From assembly GCA_963703285.1 (NCBI GenBank), contig OY969807.1, positions 2,112,001 to 2,176,000 of the forward strand: a stretch of 64,000 bases of DNA, read 5' to 3'. The notes under the pieces are model-generated. The model made no database searches and was not told where the DNA came from. It saw only the letters and a list, made by a program, of their open reading frames with translations. This DNA is from an uncultured Nitrososphaerota archaeon (GTDB lineage: Archaea > Thermoproteota > Nitrososphaeria > Nitrososphaerales > Gagatemarchaeaceae). This document shows, in pieces, positions 19,845-29,232 of the stretch. How positions within the stretch are numbered: the first letter of the stretch is position 1; each line of letters starts with the position of its first letter. Made by a program: the position numbers and the translations under genes.

Positions 19845-20026
19845 CCTGCTTGCTCACTTCGCTCCATTCGGCCGGCTCGCCGCGGAGCCGAGCACCTGAC
19901 GCACCGTGGGGTGAACCATCTGGGTCGTAGCGACCGATTCTCCGAACGCCAGCCTCGGCCTGAATCTTAACCTGACCAACGCTGCCGTGTTGGCGCCTCA
20001 TCAGCGATTTATTAGTCTAGAGCCTC

Positions 20027-20470
20027 TCAGGACTGCCGGTCCTCTTCCTGTTCCGACTCGAGGAGGGAGCGGTGTAGCATTATCGGCGCCTCGTAGAGGA
20101 TTGCAAGCGCGATGGCGTCGGAGGCCCTGTAGCCGGGGAGGAGCAAATCCTTCCCCCTTCCTATGAACTGCAGCTCCGCTCGCAGCACCTGGCCCGCGGG
20201 GTACACCTCGACGCCCGCAAGGTGCAGGCCCTCTGTGTCCGCGAGCTCCTCGAGCATGTTGTAGAGCGAGGGGACAGAAGACCTGTCTCCCTGGCTGAAT
20301 CTCTGCATGTGCATTGCGCTCTCGCCCGAGAACGCCCTCATCGCGAACGTCCTTCCGTCATCCGACCTGAGCCAGAGGAGCCCCTCGGCGCCGGTCTCGT
20401 CAGCGAACCCGACCTGGGCGACCTTCACCTCGACGTAGTCTCCCACCTTCTTGCCTTTCAATGTCAGCAA
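20027..20470 (-). CDS. Bifunctional nuclease (DUF151) family protein
   Basis: RASDAIALA..APIM. Confidence 0.75.
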   Translation of the reverse strand: MLTLKGKKVGDYVEVKVAQVGFADETGAEGLLWLRSDDGRTFAMRAFSGESAMHMQRFSQGDRSSVPSLYNMLEELADTEGLHLAGVEVYPAGQVLRAELQFIGRGKDLLLPGYRASDAIALAILYEAPIMLHRSLLESEQEEDRQS

Positions 20471-20485
20471 AACCCTCCTCTCGAT

Positions 20486-20740
20486 TTAAATCCCTTCTGG
20501 AACCATCTTCTCATCCCGGGCCCCGCGAGGCGCGACAGCCCAGGCCGCCTTGACCCTCTCCAGGCATGCGGAGGCCCTGGCGAGACCCTCCGCCGCCTCC
20601 GTTGGTCGGTTCTTCTTGATCTGTATCGTGGTGAAGTTCACCTCGAGCTGCAGGTCGCGCAGGACCGGCCTGGTCCAGGCGAAGCTCCTTGCTATCCTGC
20701 CGACCTCTTGGTTGACCCTGAACACGTGCTCGAGCGCCAC
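20486..20740 (-). CDS. Hypothetical protein (frame stays open upstream to about 20836)
   Basis: Helical ORF filling the gap between co-oriented genes. Confidence 0.5.
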   Translation of the reverse strand: MALEHVFRVNQEVGRIARSFAWTRPVLRDLQLEVNFTTIQIKKNRPTEAAEGLARASACLERVKAAWAVAPRGARDEKMVPEGI

Positions 20741-20854
20741 TCGGCTCTCTGACCCGTCTTCCCCCAGGGTCGCGACGCAGCTGCGGAGCGCGTGGAGGGC
20801 GTCGTCGAGGCGACCCAGGTCGGGGGCGTCTGTCAGGGAAGGCCCACCAGGGGG

Positions 20855-21193
20855 CTAGCTGCCCGGGGGCTGGGCCGCGGGCGCTGCAGGCGGTGCGGGC
20901 TTGTTTACCTGCCTGTTCACGGCGTCGGAGAGGTAGTGTCCGCTCACGGTGACGCGGACGCTCTTGACCCCCTTGACCTGCTCCACGCTCGACTTCATGT
21001 CCTGCGAGATCTTCAGGGCGAAGATTGGGGGGCAGTATGGGGTTGTGGCGTGATACTGAATGTCGACGCTCCCGTCCTTGATGTCGAGCTTGTCGATCAG
21101 GTTCATCTCCACGATCGGCATGCCTATCTCCGGATCGATCACCTTGGAGAGTTGGCGCTGAATCTCCTTCATGTCTACCTCTTCAGAGGACAT
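20855..21193 (-). CDS. DUF59/SufT-like metal-sulfur cluster assembly factor
   Basis: V.DPE..M.IVEMNLI and TTPYCP. Confidence 0.85.
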   Translation of the reverse strand: MSSEEVDMKEIQRQLSKVIDPEIGMPIVEMNLIDKLDIKDGSVDIQYHATTPYCPPIFALKISQDMKSSVEQVKGVKSVRVTVSGHYLSDAVNRQVNKPAPPAAPAAQPPGS

Positions 21194-21294
21194 TGGCGGT
21201 ATGCTCACTCCGTTCTATTTATCGCTTTATCCCGTGGGTTCTTGTGACTTTCTTCGGCTCGTGGCGCTTAATTATCCAGAGGAACCAAGAATAT

Positions 21295-22467
21295 GTGCGA
21301 GCCGTCAGGGCCGTCCGGTTCAGGTACGCGTGCTCCGAGGAGCTGAACTCTCTGCTGGACGACTTCCGTCTGATGTGCAACGACGCCATCAAGATCGCAT
21401 TGCAGGAGAAGCCGAAGAACAGGTTCGCGCTCATCAGGCTCGCGTACCCCCGCCTGAAGGAGTACGGTCTCCACACGCACTACATCCTTTCTGCCTGCGA
21501 GGTCGCGTTCTCGATATATCGCAACAAGGAGAGAAGGTCTAGACCGTATGTAAGACGTGCGTTCCTCAAACTCGGCAGCCCGGCCTACATCCTGAACCAC
21601 ATGGTGCTGAGGATTCCTACGAAGCCGAGACGCTTCATCTACCTCGTCCTGCAGGGCTCTAGATACCACCTCTCGTTCGTCGATCATCCCGGCCTGAAGA
21701 GAGGCTCCATCACCCTTACGCCACAGGGTCTCTCGATCGCGTTCTCGAAGGAGGCAGCGCTTATCGAGACTGGAGGGAAAATCGGAATCGATTTGAACGA
21801 GAGGAACGTCACGACGTCAGACACATCAGGACGCATCGTAAGGTACGATACCTCCGAGATAGCCGAGCTCAAGGAGCGGTACAGGGACATAAGGGCGAAG
21901 ATAGGCGAGCGGACAAGACAGGACAGGCGAATCAGCCAGCATCTCTACCACAAATACGGAAAGAGGGAGAAGGACAGGACGGTGCAGAGGCTTCACCTGA
22001 TCACTAAGTCGATCGTCCAAGGAGTGAAGGAGAAGCGGCTCGGCATCGTCATGGAGAACCTGAACGGCATCAGGAAGCTCTACCGGAAGGGGAACGGACA
22101 GGGTGCAACTTTCAGGGGCAGGATGAACTCCTGGACCTTCCGCGAGGTCCAGAGGCAGATAGAGTACAAAGCACGATGGGAGGGTCTCCCCGTCAGCTAC
22201 GTGAGCCCGCGCTACACGTCCCGAAACTGCTCAAAGCGTGGCTCCTCTCAGAGATACGAGGGACGGATGGTGATCTGTCCCTCATGCGGGAAATCAGAGG
22301 ACAGGGACGAGAACGCATCAAAGAACATCATGATGGCCGCGCAGGTTCGTGCGGCTCGGCCACCCAGAGGAAGCGGTGAAGGGGAATCCCGGAGGCAGGA
22401 GACGGCGAGCAATCCCCCGAGCGGATGGGTGGAAGTTGACTCCGACGGTGATGAGCCGAAGAGTTGA
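21295..22467 (+). CDS. tnpB: RNA-guided endonuclease TnpB
   Basis: RuvC motifs GIDLN, VMENL and DRDENASKNI; QIEYKARWEG..YTSRNC; Zn finger CSKR..CPSC with one Cys lost; GTG start after a TATA-like CTTAATTATC. Confidence 0.92.
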   Translation: MRAVRAVRFRYACSEELNSLLDDFRLMCNDAIKIALQEKPKNRFALIRLAYPRLKEYGLHTHYILSACEVAFSIYRNKERRSRPYVRRAFLKLGSPAYILNHMVLRIPTKPRRFIYLVLQGSRYHLSFVDHPGLKRGSITLTPQGLSIAFSKEAALIETGGKIGIDLNERNVTTSDTSGRIVRYDTSEIAELKERYRDIRAKIGERTRQDRRISQHLYHKYGKREKDRTVQRLHLITKSIVQGVKEKRLGIVMENLNGIRKLYRKGNGQGATFRGRMNSWTFREVQRQIEYKARWEGLPVSYVSPRYTSRNCSKRGSSQRYEGRMVICPSCGKSEDRDENASKNIMMAAQVRAARPPRGSGEGESRRQETASNPPSGWVEVDSDGDEPKS

Positions 22468-22474
22468 CAGAACC
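22330..22474 (+). ncRNA. Candidate omegaRNA/reRNA scaffold overlapping the tnpB 3' end
   Basis: Low-complexity protein tail after the last RuvC Asp, running to the right end; position typical for TnpB RNAs; boundaries inferred. Confidence 0.5.
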
Positions 22475-23223
22475 TATCCGTAGACTCCGTTCCTTCCCGG
22501 TTTGCTCTCGGGGGCGGCGGGCGACTGGACTTCCAGGGCCATCTCCTGAGCCTTGGTCTCGAGCTCGTCCTTCGGGAGGCTTATGCCCGCCATCTTCTCG
22601 AGCACCCCGAGGAGCTGAATCACGGACAGCGGGTGCGGGACGGGTTCCCCGTGGTCGACCGAGATCTTGTATCCCCTGATGCCGTACTTCTCGGCAAGCC
22701 CGACGATGAGCGAGGCGAAGAAGGGCGCCGGCTCGTCCCTGACTATCTCCACACCGTGGCCCCTTAGGACCTCCACCCCGGCGTCGTCGTTCGCGAATCC
22801 CGTCACCTTCGGCACCGCGGTCGGGGGGGCGACCTGTTCTGTCCACCGCGTCCCGATAGAGATGATTTCGTTGATCCCGAGATCCCTCGCGTACCTGAGC
22901 ACCGCCTCGGAGAACTCGTACTGCTCGTCCTGGGGGGAAGAGTCCCCCGCAAGAAGGACCACATCGCGCTGGCCCGAATGGCAGTAGAACTCCGCAGAGG
23001 TCAGGCGGACGGTCCCCTCCTTGGATATCACGGCAACGGGTGGGAGTGCCGAGGAGTAGATGGTGGCTATCTTCGTGAACTCCGTCTCCTTCAGCATGTA
23101 GCTCGCGAGCTCCCTCGCTTGGGAGTACATCGCCCTGTACTGGGAGAGACTGGTGGAAAGCGAGACTATGAGGATCGGGTCTGTCAGCACCCGCCTCCCC
23201 TCCGAATCTATTCTTTCCCACAA
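22474..23223 (-). CDS. PAC2-family proteasome assembly chaperone
   Basis: IYSSALPP, LLAGDSSPQ, IISIG, PHP..V; TTG start inferred. Confidence 0.75.
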   Translation of the reverse strand: MWERIDSEGRRVLTDPILIVSLSTSLSQYRAMYSQARELASYMLKETEFTKIATIYSSALPPVAVISKEGTVRLTSAEFYCHSGQRDVVLLAGDSSPQDEQYEFSEAVLRYARDLGINEIISIGTRWTEQVAPPTAVPKVTGFANDDAGVEVLRGHGVEIVRDEPAPFFASLIVGLAEKYGIRGYKISVDHGEPVPHPLSVIQLLGVLEKMAGISLPKDELETKAQEMALEVQSPAAPESKPGRNGVYG

Positions 23224-23273
23224 GGGCCGTTCCCCGGCGAGCGGTGTCGCAGGCGATAAAAGGTCATTGGTCG

Positions 23274-24074
23274 TTATCTGCCCGGTCGGCCCGAGACTAT
23301 GGTGTAGTGCCTGCCGTTCACCGTCTCCAGCCGCACTCGTACGCCGAAGCAGGCGCTGAGGTTCTTCCCCGTGAGAGTCTCGCCGATCTTCCCAGACGCG
23401 ACGACCCTCCCTGCCTTCAGCAGGAGCGCGTGGCTGAAGCCTGAAGGGATCTCTTCCGTCCTGTGCGTGACGTAGACCATCGCCGTGGTCCGCCGTCGGG
23501 CGAGCCTCGAGAGACCCTCGAGGAACTGCTCCCGCGCCCCCAGGTCGAGCCCCTCGCACGGCTCGTCGAGGAGGAGAAGTGAAGCGTTCGCCATCAGCGC
23601 CCTCGCTATCATCACCTTCTGCCTCTCGCCCTGCGAGAGCTCCCTCACCGTCTTCCCGGCGAGGCCCCCGCAGTCCAGGTCCTCAAGCAGCGCCGCCGCC
23701 CGCCTGGCGTAGGTCCCGGGGGGCCTCCTCCAGACCCTCGTCGATCCGTATCTTCCGCTCACGACGAGGTCGACCACACGCTCGTCGCCGGGTATCCAAC
23801 CCCCGAGGTAGGCGCTGACCATTCCGAGCCGCGTCCTCAGCTCCCTCAGGTCGGTCTCGCCGAACCTCTCCCCCAGGACCTCGGCCTCTCCCCTGGTGGG
23901 CCAGACGTAACCGTTGATTATGCTCAGCAGGCTGGTCTTCCCCGCCCCGTTCGGTCCGATGACCGCCCAGCTCTCCCCCTTCCGCACGGTCCAGTCGATC
24001 CCACGGAGAGCCGTAAACCCTGGATATTCCAGGACGACCCCCTTGAGCACCACAGCGCGCTCCATCCCTCGCAT
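23274..24074 (-). CDS. ABC transporter ATP-binding protein (YlmA/ModF-like)
   Basis: GPNGAGKT, LSQGE, LLLDEP, VTH. Confidence 0.9.
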   Translation of the reverse strand: MRGMERAVVLKGVVLEYPGFTALRGIDWTVRKGESWAVIGPNGAGKTSLLSIINGYVWPTRGEAEVLGERFGETDLRELRTRLGMVSAYLGGWIPGDERVVDLVVSGRYGSTRVWRRPPGTYARRAAALLEDLDCGGLAGKTVRELSQGERQKVMIARALMANASLLLLDEPCEGLDLGAREQFLEGLSRLARRRTTAMVYVTHRTEEIPSGFSHALLLKAGRVVASGKIGETLTGKNLSACFGVRVRLETVNGRHYTIVSGRPGR

Positions 24075-24124
24075 CGCGACGGGTTTCGTGCTATAACCTT
24101 ACGGGAGCCATGGATGCGCCTCAC

Positions 24125-24916
24125 TCAGACGAAGGCGGAGGCGCTCCCGATGGCGAACAGGAGCGCGGCCGCCGCTGCCCCGACGAGCATGGTCTCCAGG
24201 CCGCTCCTCCAAGCCTCCCTGTGGACTATCCTCCCCTTCCAGGCCCCGGCAGCGAAGAGGAAGGCGAGCGAGAAGATGACGGAGAACGCGACAGACACGG
24301 TCTTCTCCGCGCTCAGGTAATAGGGGACGAGGGGGACGAACGCTCCCAGCAGGAAAGAGAGACCGATCACCAGCCCTATCTTGTAGGGCTTCTCCAGGTG
24401 GGACTTGTGGATGTGGAGTTCGTTGACCAGCATGTCCTCCAGGAACTTCTCTTTGTCCGCCGAGACCCTGGAGACGACGGTCTCCGCCTCGCCCTCGGTC
24501 AGTCCCTTGTCCATGTAGAGCGTCTTCAGCTCCTGAAGCTCTTCGTCTGGCTCGTTCTCTATCTCGAAGGCCTCCCTGTTCGAGTCGGCCCTGAAGAGGT
24601 CCAGCTCCGAGCGCGCGCTGAGTATCCCTCCGAAGAACATCGAGACGGCCCCGGCGATCATCGCCGCGAGCCCGGCGAACCTGATTACGCCGATGCTGCT
24701 CTCGGCACCTCCGAATCCCGTCAGGAACGCGAGGTTGGTCACCAGCCCGTCGGCAAGCCCGAGCGCTGAGGACGAGATCAGGTCCCTCCCCCGGATGTGC
24801 TGGTGCTTCTCCTTGTACCTCACGCCTAGGCGTCCCTTGACGGGTCTTGGGGCATCGTCCGCCCGGACGTCCTTCCCCGTAGCGGCGGGACTGGCTGAAG
24901 ACGGCTCGTCGCTCAT
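24125..24916 (-). CDS. VIT1/CCC1 iron/manganese transporter
   Basis: GLADGLVT, AGAVSM..G..LSARSE, G..VPLVPY. Confidence 0.9.
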   Translation of the reverse strand: MSDEPSSASPAATGKDVRADDAPRPVKGRLGVRYKEKHQHIRGRDLISSSALGLADGLVTNLAFLTGFGGAESSIGVIRFAGLAAMIAGAVSMFFGGILSARSELDLFRADSNREAFEIENEPDEELQELKTLYMDKGLTEGEAETVVSRVSADKEKFLEDMLVNELHIHKSHLEKPYKIGLVIGLSFLLGAFVPLVPYYLSAEKTVSVAFSVIFSLAFLFAAGAWKGRIVHREAWRSGLETMLVGAAAAALLFAIGSASAFV

Positions 24917-25026
24917 CAGAAGCGGACGATTTTCCTTCGGACGGCTTATAGGCGTTTTCACCGTCCGGGTCCGGACGAGCGTCGCCTCAGATTTATAACC
25001 CCTGAACCGGCCCGAGCCCTCCAGCC

Positions 25027-25587
25027 ATGTCTCTGGTGAACCGGAGGAGCGAATACACCTGGGGTGGGACGCAGCTGGTGGACCTGAGCCTGATTCCCGA
25101 GTCGAGGACGTACAAGGTCGACGAGTCCGTGAGGATCAACCTAGGCTTCAGAATAATCGGGGGGATGCGGGAGTCGTTCATCCCGGACGTCTGGACGGTC
25201 GCCTGGGAGGACAACGACAAGATGGTCAGGCTGACCATGGAGGCGGCCCTTCGGAGGGCCGGGGTGGGAGGGGGCAAGCTGGCCACCACGGGCAAGGAGG
25301 TCAGGAGGGCGAAGTTCTACTGGAGCCGCGACCCCGACCTTCCGTACAGGATATGGGCCGCGATCCTCCACGAAGACGGGAGCGCGCCCATCATCCCGGA
25401 GAGCGTCGAGGACGCGAAGTCGAAGTTCCTCGACGTGGTCAAGCTCTTCGAGATACCGGCCTCGTCCCTGGGGAGAGGGTCGCACAAGATCATAGGGTCG
25501 GTGGAAATCGGGTGGGGGCGGAGGAGCTACATGGAGAAGGGCTCAGGCTCGGGGAAGACGGCGCCGGTCGTGTTGAAGATTGAGTAA
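25027..25587 (+). CDS. Hypothetical protein
   Basis: ATG start, host-like codon usage, overlaps the next gene. Confidence 0.7.
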   Translation: MSLVNRRSEYTWGGTQLVDLSLIPESRTYKVDESVRINLGFRIIGGMRESFIPDVWTVAWEDNDKMVRLTMEAALRRAGVGGGKLATTGKEVRRAKFYWSRDPDLPYRIWAAILHEDGSAPIIPESVEDAKSKFLDVVKLFEIPASSLGRGSHKIIGSVEIGWGRRSYMEKGSGSGKTAPVVLKIE

Positions 25588-26008
25588 GCAAGCCTCGGAC
25601 GTGGTCGTCGAATGGGTGGACGGGTACACCTTCATCGGAACCGACGGGCCCGGCCACACGCTGGTCTTCGACGCTCCGGAGAAGGGCATCCCCCGAGGGA
25701 TGACCCCCATGAACGCTCTCCTCGCCTCCCTCGGCGCCTGCTCCGGGATGGACATCGTGGCCGTATTGGGGAAGAGGAAGCAGCACGCGACCTCTATCAG
25801 GGTACTGGTCAGCGGTGTCAGGCCGGAACTCGGCTACCCCAAGCCCTTCACATCCATCAGCGTGAAGTACGTCCTGACGGGCTCGGGGCTCGAGAGGAAG
25901 TACGTCGATGAGGCGGTGAGGGGAAGCATCGAGAAGTACTGCAGCGTGGCCGCGACGGTCAACGCCCGGGCGAAGATCGAGTTCAGCTACGAGATTGTTG
26001 AGGGTTAG
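25580..26008 (+). CDS. OsmC-family protein
   Basis: PM..LLASLGAC and EKYCSV. Confidence 0.9.
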   Translation: MSKQASDVVVEWVDGYTFIGTDGPGHTLVFDAPEKGIPRGMTPMNALLASLGACSGMDIVAVLGKRKQHATSIRVLVSGVRPELGYPKPFTSISVKYVLTGSGLERKYVDEAVRGSIEKYCSVAATVNARAKIEFSYEIVEG

Positions 26009-27033
26009 ACCTTCAGCACGATCTTCCCGAAGTGCTCGCCCTTCTCCATCCTCACCTGAGCTTCGGCGGCGGCGCTCAGCGGGAACTCCCTGTCGACTAC
26101 GGGCCTGAGCCGCCTCTGCTTGAAGAGCTCGAGGACCCTGAGCAGCTCCCCCGCGCTCCCCATGAAGCTGCCGTAGACGGAGATCTCCTTGCTGTAGACG
26201 TACCTGAGGTCGGTCTCTGCGTCGAACCCGGTCGTGGCTCCGCAGGTCACGATGCGCCCGCCCTTCGCCACGGACTTGACGCTCTTGTCCCACGTCGCCT
26301 TCCCGACGTGCTCGACGACGACGTCCACACCCCTCCCCCCGGTGAACTTCTTCGCCTCGGTCACGATGTCCTGGGTGTTGTGGTTGATGACGCTGTCCGC
26401 CCCGAGCTCCACGGCCCTGCGGAGCTTGTCGTCGGTCCCAGCCGTGGCGATGACGTTCGCGCCGAACGCCTTGGCGATCTGGACGGCGGCCACCCCCACC
26501 CCTGAACCGGCCCCCAGGACGAGGACCGTCTCGCCCGGCTGGATAGCGGCCCTGCTGGCGAGCATGTGGTGCGCCGTGAGGAAGACCAGGGGCACCGAGG
26601 CGGCCTGCACGAAGTCCATCCTCTCCGGCTTCTGGATTACGTTCCTCCTCGGGACAGAGACGAGCTCGGCGTAGCCTCCGTCGAACTCGCTCCCGATTAT
26701 CCCGTAGTACCGGCACTGATTGTCCTTCCCCGAGAGGCACTTCTCGCACCTCCCACAGCCGACGCCGGGGTTCACTATGACCTCCGAACCCCTCTGCAGC
26801 TCCTTCTCCCCGGCCGGAGCCTCCTCCACGACCCCAGAGACGTCCGACCCGGATATGTGGGGCAGGCTGACCTTTGTCCGCGGAGGGCCCACCCTCTCCC
26901 AGATGTCCAGGTGGTTGAGCGCGCACGCCCTGACCCTCACCAGAACCTCCTCCGATTCGCGAACGGGATCGGGGGCGTCCTCGTAGACCAGGACCTCCGG
27001 ACCTCCGTACTGGTGGAAGCGGACCGCCTTCAT
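26005..27033 (-). CDS. Zinc-binding alcohol dehydrogenase/quinone reductase (MDR)
   Basis: GGPEVL, CGRCEKC..G..NQC, GAGSGVG, GKIVL. Confidence 0.92.
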   Translation of the reverse strand: MKAVRFHQYGGPEVLVYEDAPDPVRESEEVLVRVRACALNHLDIWERVGPPRTKVSLPHISGSDVSGVVEEAPAGEKELQRGSEVIVNPGVGCGRCEKCLSGKDNQCRYYGIIGSEFDGGYAELVSVPRRNVIQKPERMDFVQAASVPLVFLTAHHMLASRAAIQPGETVLVLGAGSGVGVAAVQIAKAFGANVIATAGTDDKLRRAVELGADSVINHNTQDIVTEAKKFTGGRGVDVVVEHVGKATWDKSVKSVAKGGRIVTCGATTGFDAETDLRYVYSKEISVYGSFMGSAGELLRVLELFKQRRLRPVVDREFPLSAAAEAQVRMEKGEHFGKIVLKV

Positions 27034-27081
27034 GCTAGGTGTCCGCCTCCGCGCCCTTTATAGGGTATCGAGGGGCGCGCG

Positions 27082-27645
27082 CTACGCCTCCCGTGACCTG
27101 TTCCTCGAGACGAACAGGAGCCCGAGACCAAACCCGGTCAGGACGCCGAAGAGGTGGGCGAAGACGTTCACCCCGGGCCCCGAACTGTCGATGAAGATGA
27201 GGGTGGCGTAGAGCGCAGCCACCACCAACCCGATTCCCTTCCTCTCCATGGCCACGTACGCCCCGATCACGCCGAATATCGCGCCTGACGCGCCCCCGGT
27301 GGGTGCGTTAAGGGGTATGAGGAAGAGCGAGGCGATGTTCCCCACGAGCCCCGCGCCGAAGTACACGGCGAGGTACTGCCTCCTCGAGTAGCTGCCCTCG
27401 ACCACCGTCCCGAAGTAGACGAGCGCGAACATGTTGAGGAGGATGTGCAGGATGTCGAAGTGGACGAACATGGCCGTGAACGGCTGCCAGAAGAACCCGG
27501 CGAAGAACAGCTCGCCGGTCTGCGCCAGCAGGAGGACGGCGTCCTCGCCCCCGACCAGCGTCAGGATGAAGACCGCCACGTTGGCGACGACCAGGGCGAG
27601 GGTGATGGACTCCCTCAGACCGTACCCCCTCGGAAGGTAGCCCAT
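27082..27645 (-). CDS. Rhomboid intramembrane serine protease
   Basis: H...HILLNM, GASG, AHLFG. Confidence 0.92.
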   Translation of the reverse strand: MGYLPRGYGLRESITLALVVANVAVFILTLVGGEDAVLLLAQTGELFFAGFFWQPFTAMFVHFDILHILLNMFALVYFGTVVEGSYSRRQYLAVYFGAGLVGNIASLFLIPLNAPTGGASGAIFGVIGAYVAMERKGIGLVVAALYATLIFIDSSGPGVNVFAHLFGVLTGFGLGLLFVSRNRSREA

Positions 27646-27773
27646 CCTTCGGCCGCGGCGGACCCTTGCTATTTAAAAGGCGACGGAACAGTTTCAGTCT
27701 ACCCACCCCGCCGCCTCCGCACGAGCGGTGTGTCATGGTTATATACAGAAAATCGACCTAATTCTAGTTTGGA

Positions 27774-28946
27774 ATGAGCCAGCGCCACTCGGTCCTCAGG
27801 AACGAGAGCGTGCTCGTCCCAGAGTTCATCCCGCTCTCCACCCCCCACAGGGAGGACCAGATGAAGGTGCTGGAGGCGTACTTCCGGGGCGTCGTCGAGC
27901 GCTCCGAGCAGATGAGCCAGACCGTTATGCTCTCAGGCCCGAACGGCGCGGGGAAGACGATGCTGGCTAAGAAGCTGGGCGCGACGCTCGAGAAGAACGC
28001 CCTGCTCTACGGCAACCGCGTCAAGTTCTTCCACGTGAACTGCCGGATCGACCGCTCGCTCCAGGCCATCCTGACAAAGTGCCTGCGCTTCCTCGGCCAC
28101 GGGTACCCGTCCAGGGGTTTCGGGTTCGAGGAGTTGCTCCAGACCTTCTCCGAGTCGCTGACCAGCGACAAGATACACCTGATCGTGGCCTTCGACGAGG
28201 TCGACTCCCTGGTCACCTCCGACCCCTCCTCGCTCTACACCATAACCCGGCTCCGCGAGATCTCCCAGGGCTCCCAGATCTTCTCCTCGCTCCTGATCTC
28301 GAAGACGCTCGACTACCTCAAGGCGGCCGACCTGAGCACGCTCAGCTCCCTCCAGTGGAACTCGATTTCCCTCGACCCGTACTCCTCGCAGCAGCTCTAC
28401 GACATCCTGTGCTCCCGCTCCCAGGACGCGTTCAACGACGGCTGCATGGAGGACGACTCACTCGAGCTGGCGGCCGAGATAGCGAGCACCTATGGGGACG
28501 CGCGCTACGCCCTCGACCTGATCTACAGAGCCGGCAGGATGGCCGACCTAGCCGACTCTCCGAGGGTTACGCCCGAACACGTGCGGCGCGCCAAGGCCTC
28601 GCTGCCTCCGCAGTTCAAGAAGGAGGAGCTGGTCTACCTCGGCGGGCACCAGAGGCTGATCCTCGTCTCGATCTCCAACCTGCTCAAGAAGAGCGGCTCG
28701 GCCTATATCACGATAGGCGAGGCGGAGAAGAGCTACGAGGCGCTCTGCGAGAGCATGGGGGTGGCGGCCAACCATCACACGCAGGTCTGGAACGACATCA
28801 ACGAGCTGTCGCGCAAGGGGATCATAGAGACCCAGATCTCCGGGAAGGGCGTGCGCGGAAGGACGACCCTCATCGGGCTCTCGCTCGTCTCGGCGGAGCA
28901 GTTGATAGACGAACTGAGGGGCATGGTCGCCGATGTTAGAAATTGA
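27774..28946 (+). CDS. cdc6: Orc1/Cdc6 replication initiator
   Basis: L.PEFIP...HRE, GPNGAGKT, HVNC, FDEVD, PYS..QL.DIL..R, GDARYALD, C-terminal wHTH GVRGRT. Confidence 0.92.
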   Translation: MSQRHSVLRNESVLVPEFIPLSTPHREDQMKVLEAYFRGVVERSEQMSQTVMLSGPNGAGKTMLAKKLGATLEKNALLYGNRVKFFHVNCRIDRSLQAILTKCLRFLGHGYPSRGFGFEELLQTFSESLTSDKIHLIVAFDEVDSLVTSDPSSLYTITRLREISQGSQIFSSLLISKTLDYLKAADLSTLSSLQWNSISLDPYSSQQLYDILCSRSQDAFNDGCMEDDSLELAAEIASTYGDARYALDLIYRAGRMADLADSPRVTPEHVRRAKASLPPQFKKEELVYLGGHQRLILVSISNLLKKSGSAYITIGEAEKSYEALCESMGVAANHHTQVWNDINELSRKGIIETQISGKGVRGRTTLIGLSLVSAEQLIDELRGMVADVRN

Positions 28947-29232
28947 GGACGTCTTCTCGTCCTACGGTCGAGTCAAGGTGATGGCCGTCATCATGGAAAG
29001 CAACGAGCTGAACATCTCCGAGATAACCAGGAGGTCAGGCATATCCCACTCGTCCGTCGAGGGGCACCTCGCGTTCCTCGTAAAGGAGGGCCTGGTCACC
29101 GAGAAGCGGTTCAACAGGATAAGGATATTCAAGGTGAACCCCTCGAGCCAGCGCGCCTCACTGCTGCAGCGCTTCCTGGTCGACTGGAGGTCCCTCTCCT
29201 CCGCCCAGGTGGCCGGGATGACCTTCAACTAG
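28933..29232 (+). CDS. Winged-helix (ArsR-like) regulator coupled to cdc6
   Basis: LNISEITRRSGISHSSVEGHL..L. Confidence 0.8.
   Translation: MLEIEDVFSSYGRVKVMAVIMESNELNISEITRRSGISHSSVEGHLAFLVKEGLVTEKRFNRIRIFKVNPSSQRASLLQRFLVDWRSLSSAQVAGMTFN

Larger units (their letters stand above)
21237..22474 (+). mobile_element. Non-autonomous TnpB element bounded by imperfect inverted repeats
   Basis: Left GGTTCTTGTGACTTTCTTCGGCTC (21237-21260); right revcomp GGTTCTGTCAACTCTTCGGCTC (22453-22474); no transposase inside. Confidence 0.7.

Noticed and set aside
19845-19960. ZTP riboswitch upstream of the AIR-synthase-like gene
   Set aside because: Has CTGGCG but lacks the GACTGGCG and CGCCTGGGC consensus
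25490-26926. Long alternative-frame ORFs (this 478-aa one, 10042-10524, 32120-33085, 41008-42042 and similar)
   Set aside because: Arg/Gly/Pro-rich shadow frames of real genes, expected in high-GC DNA
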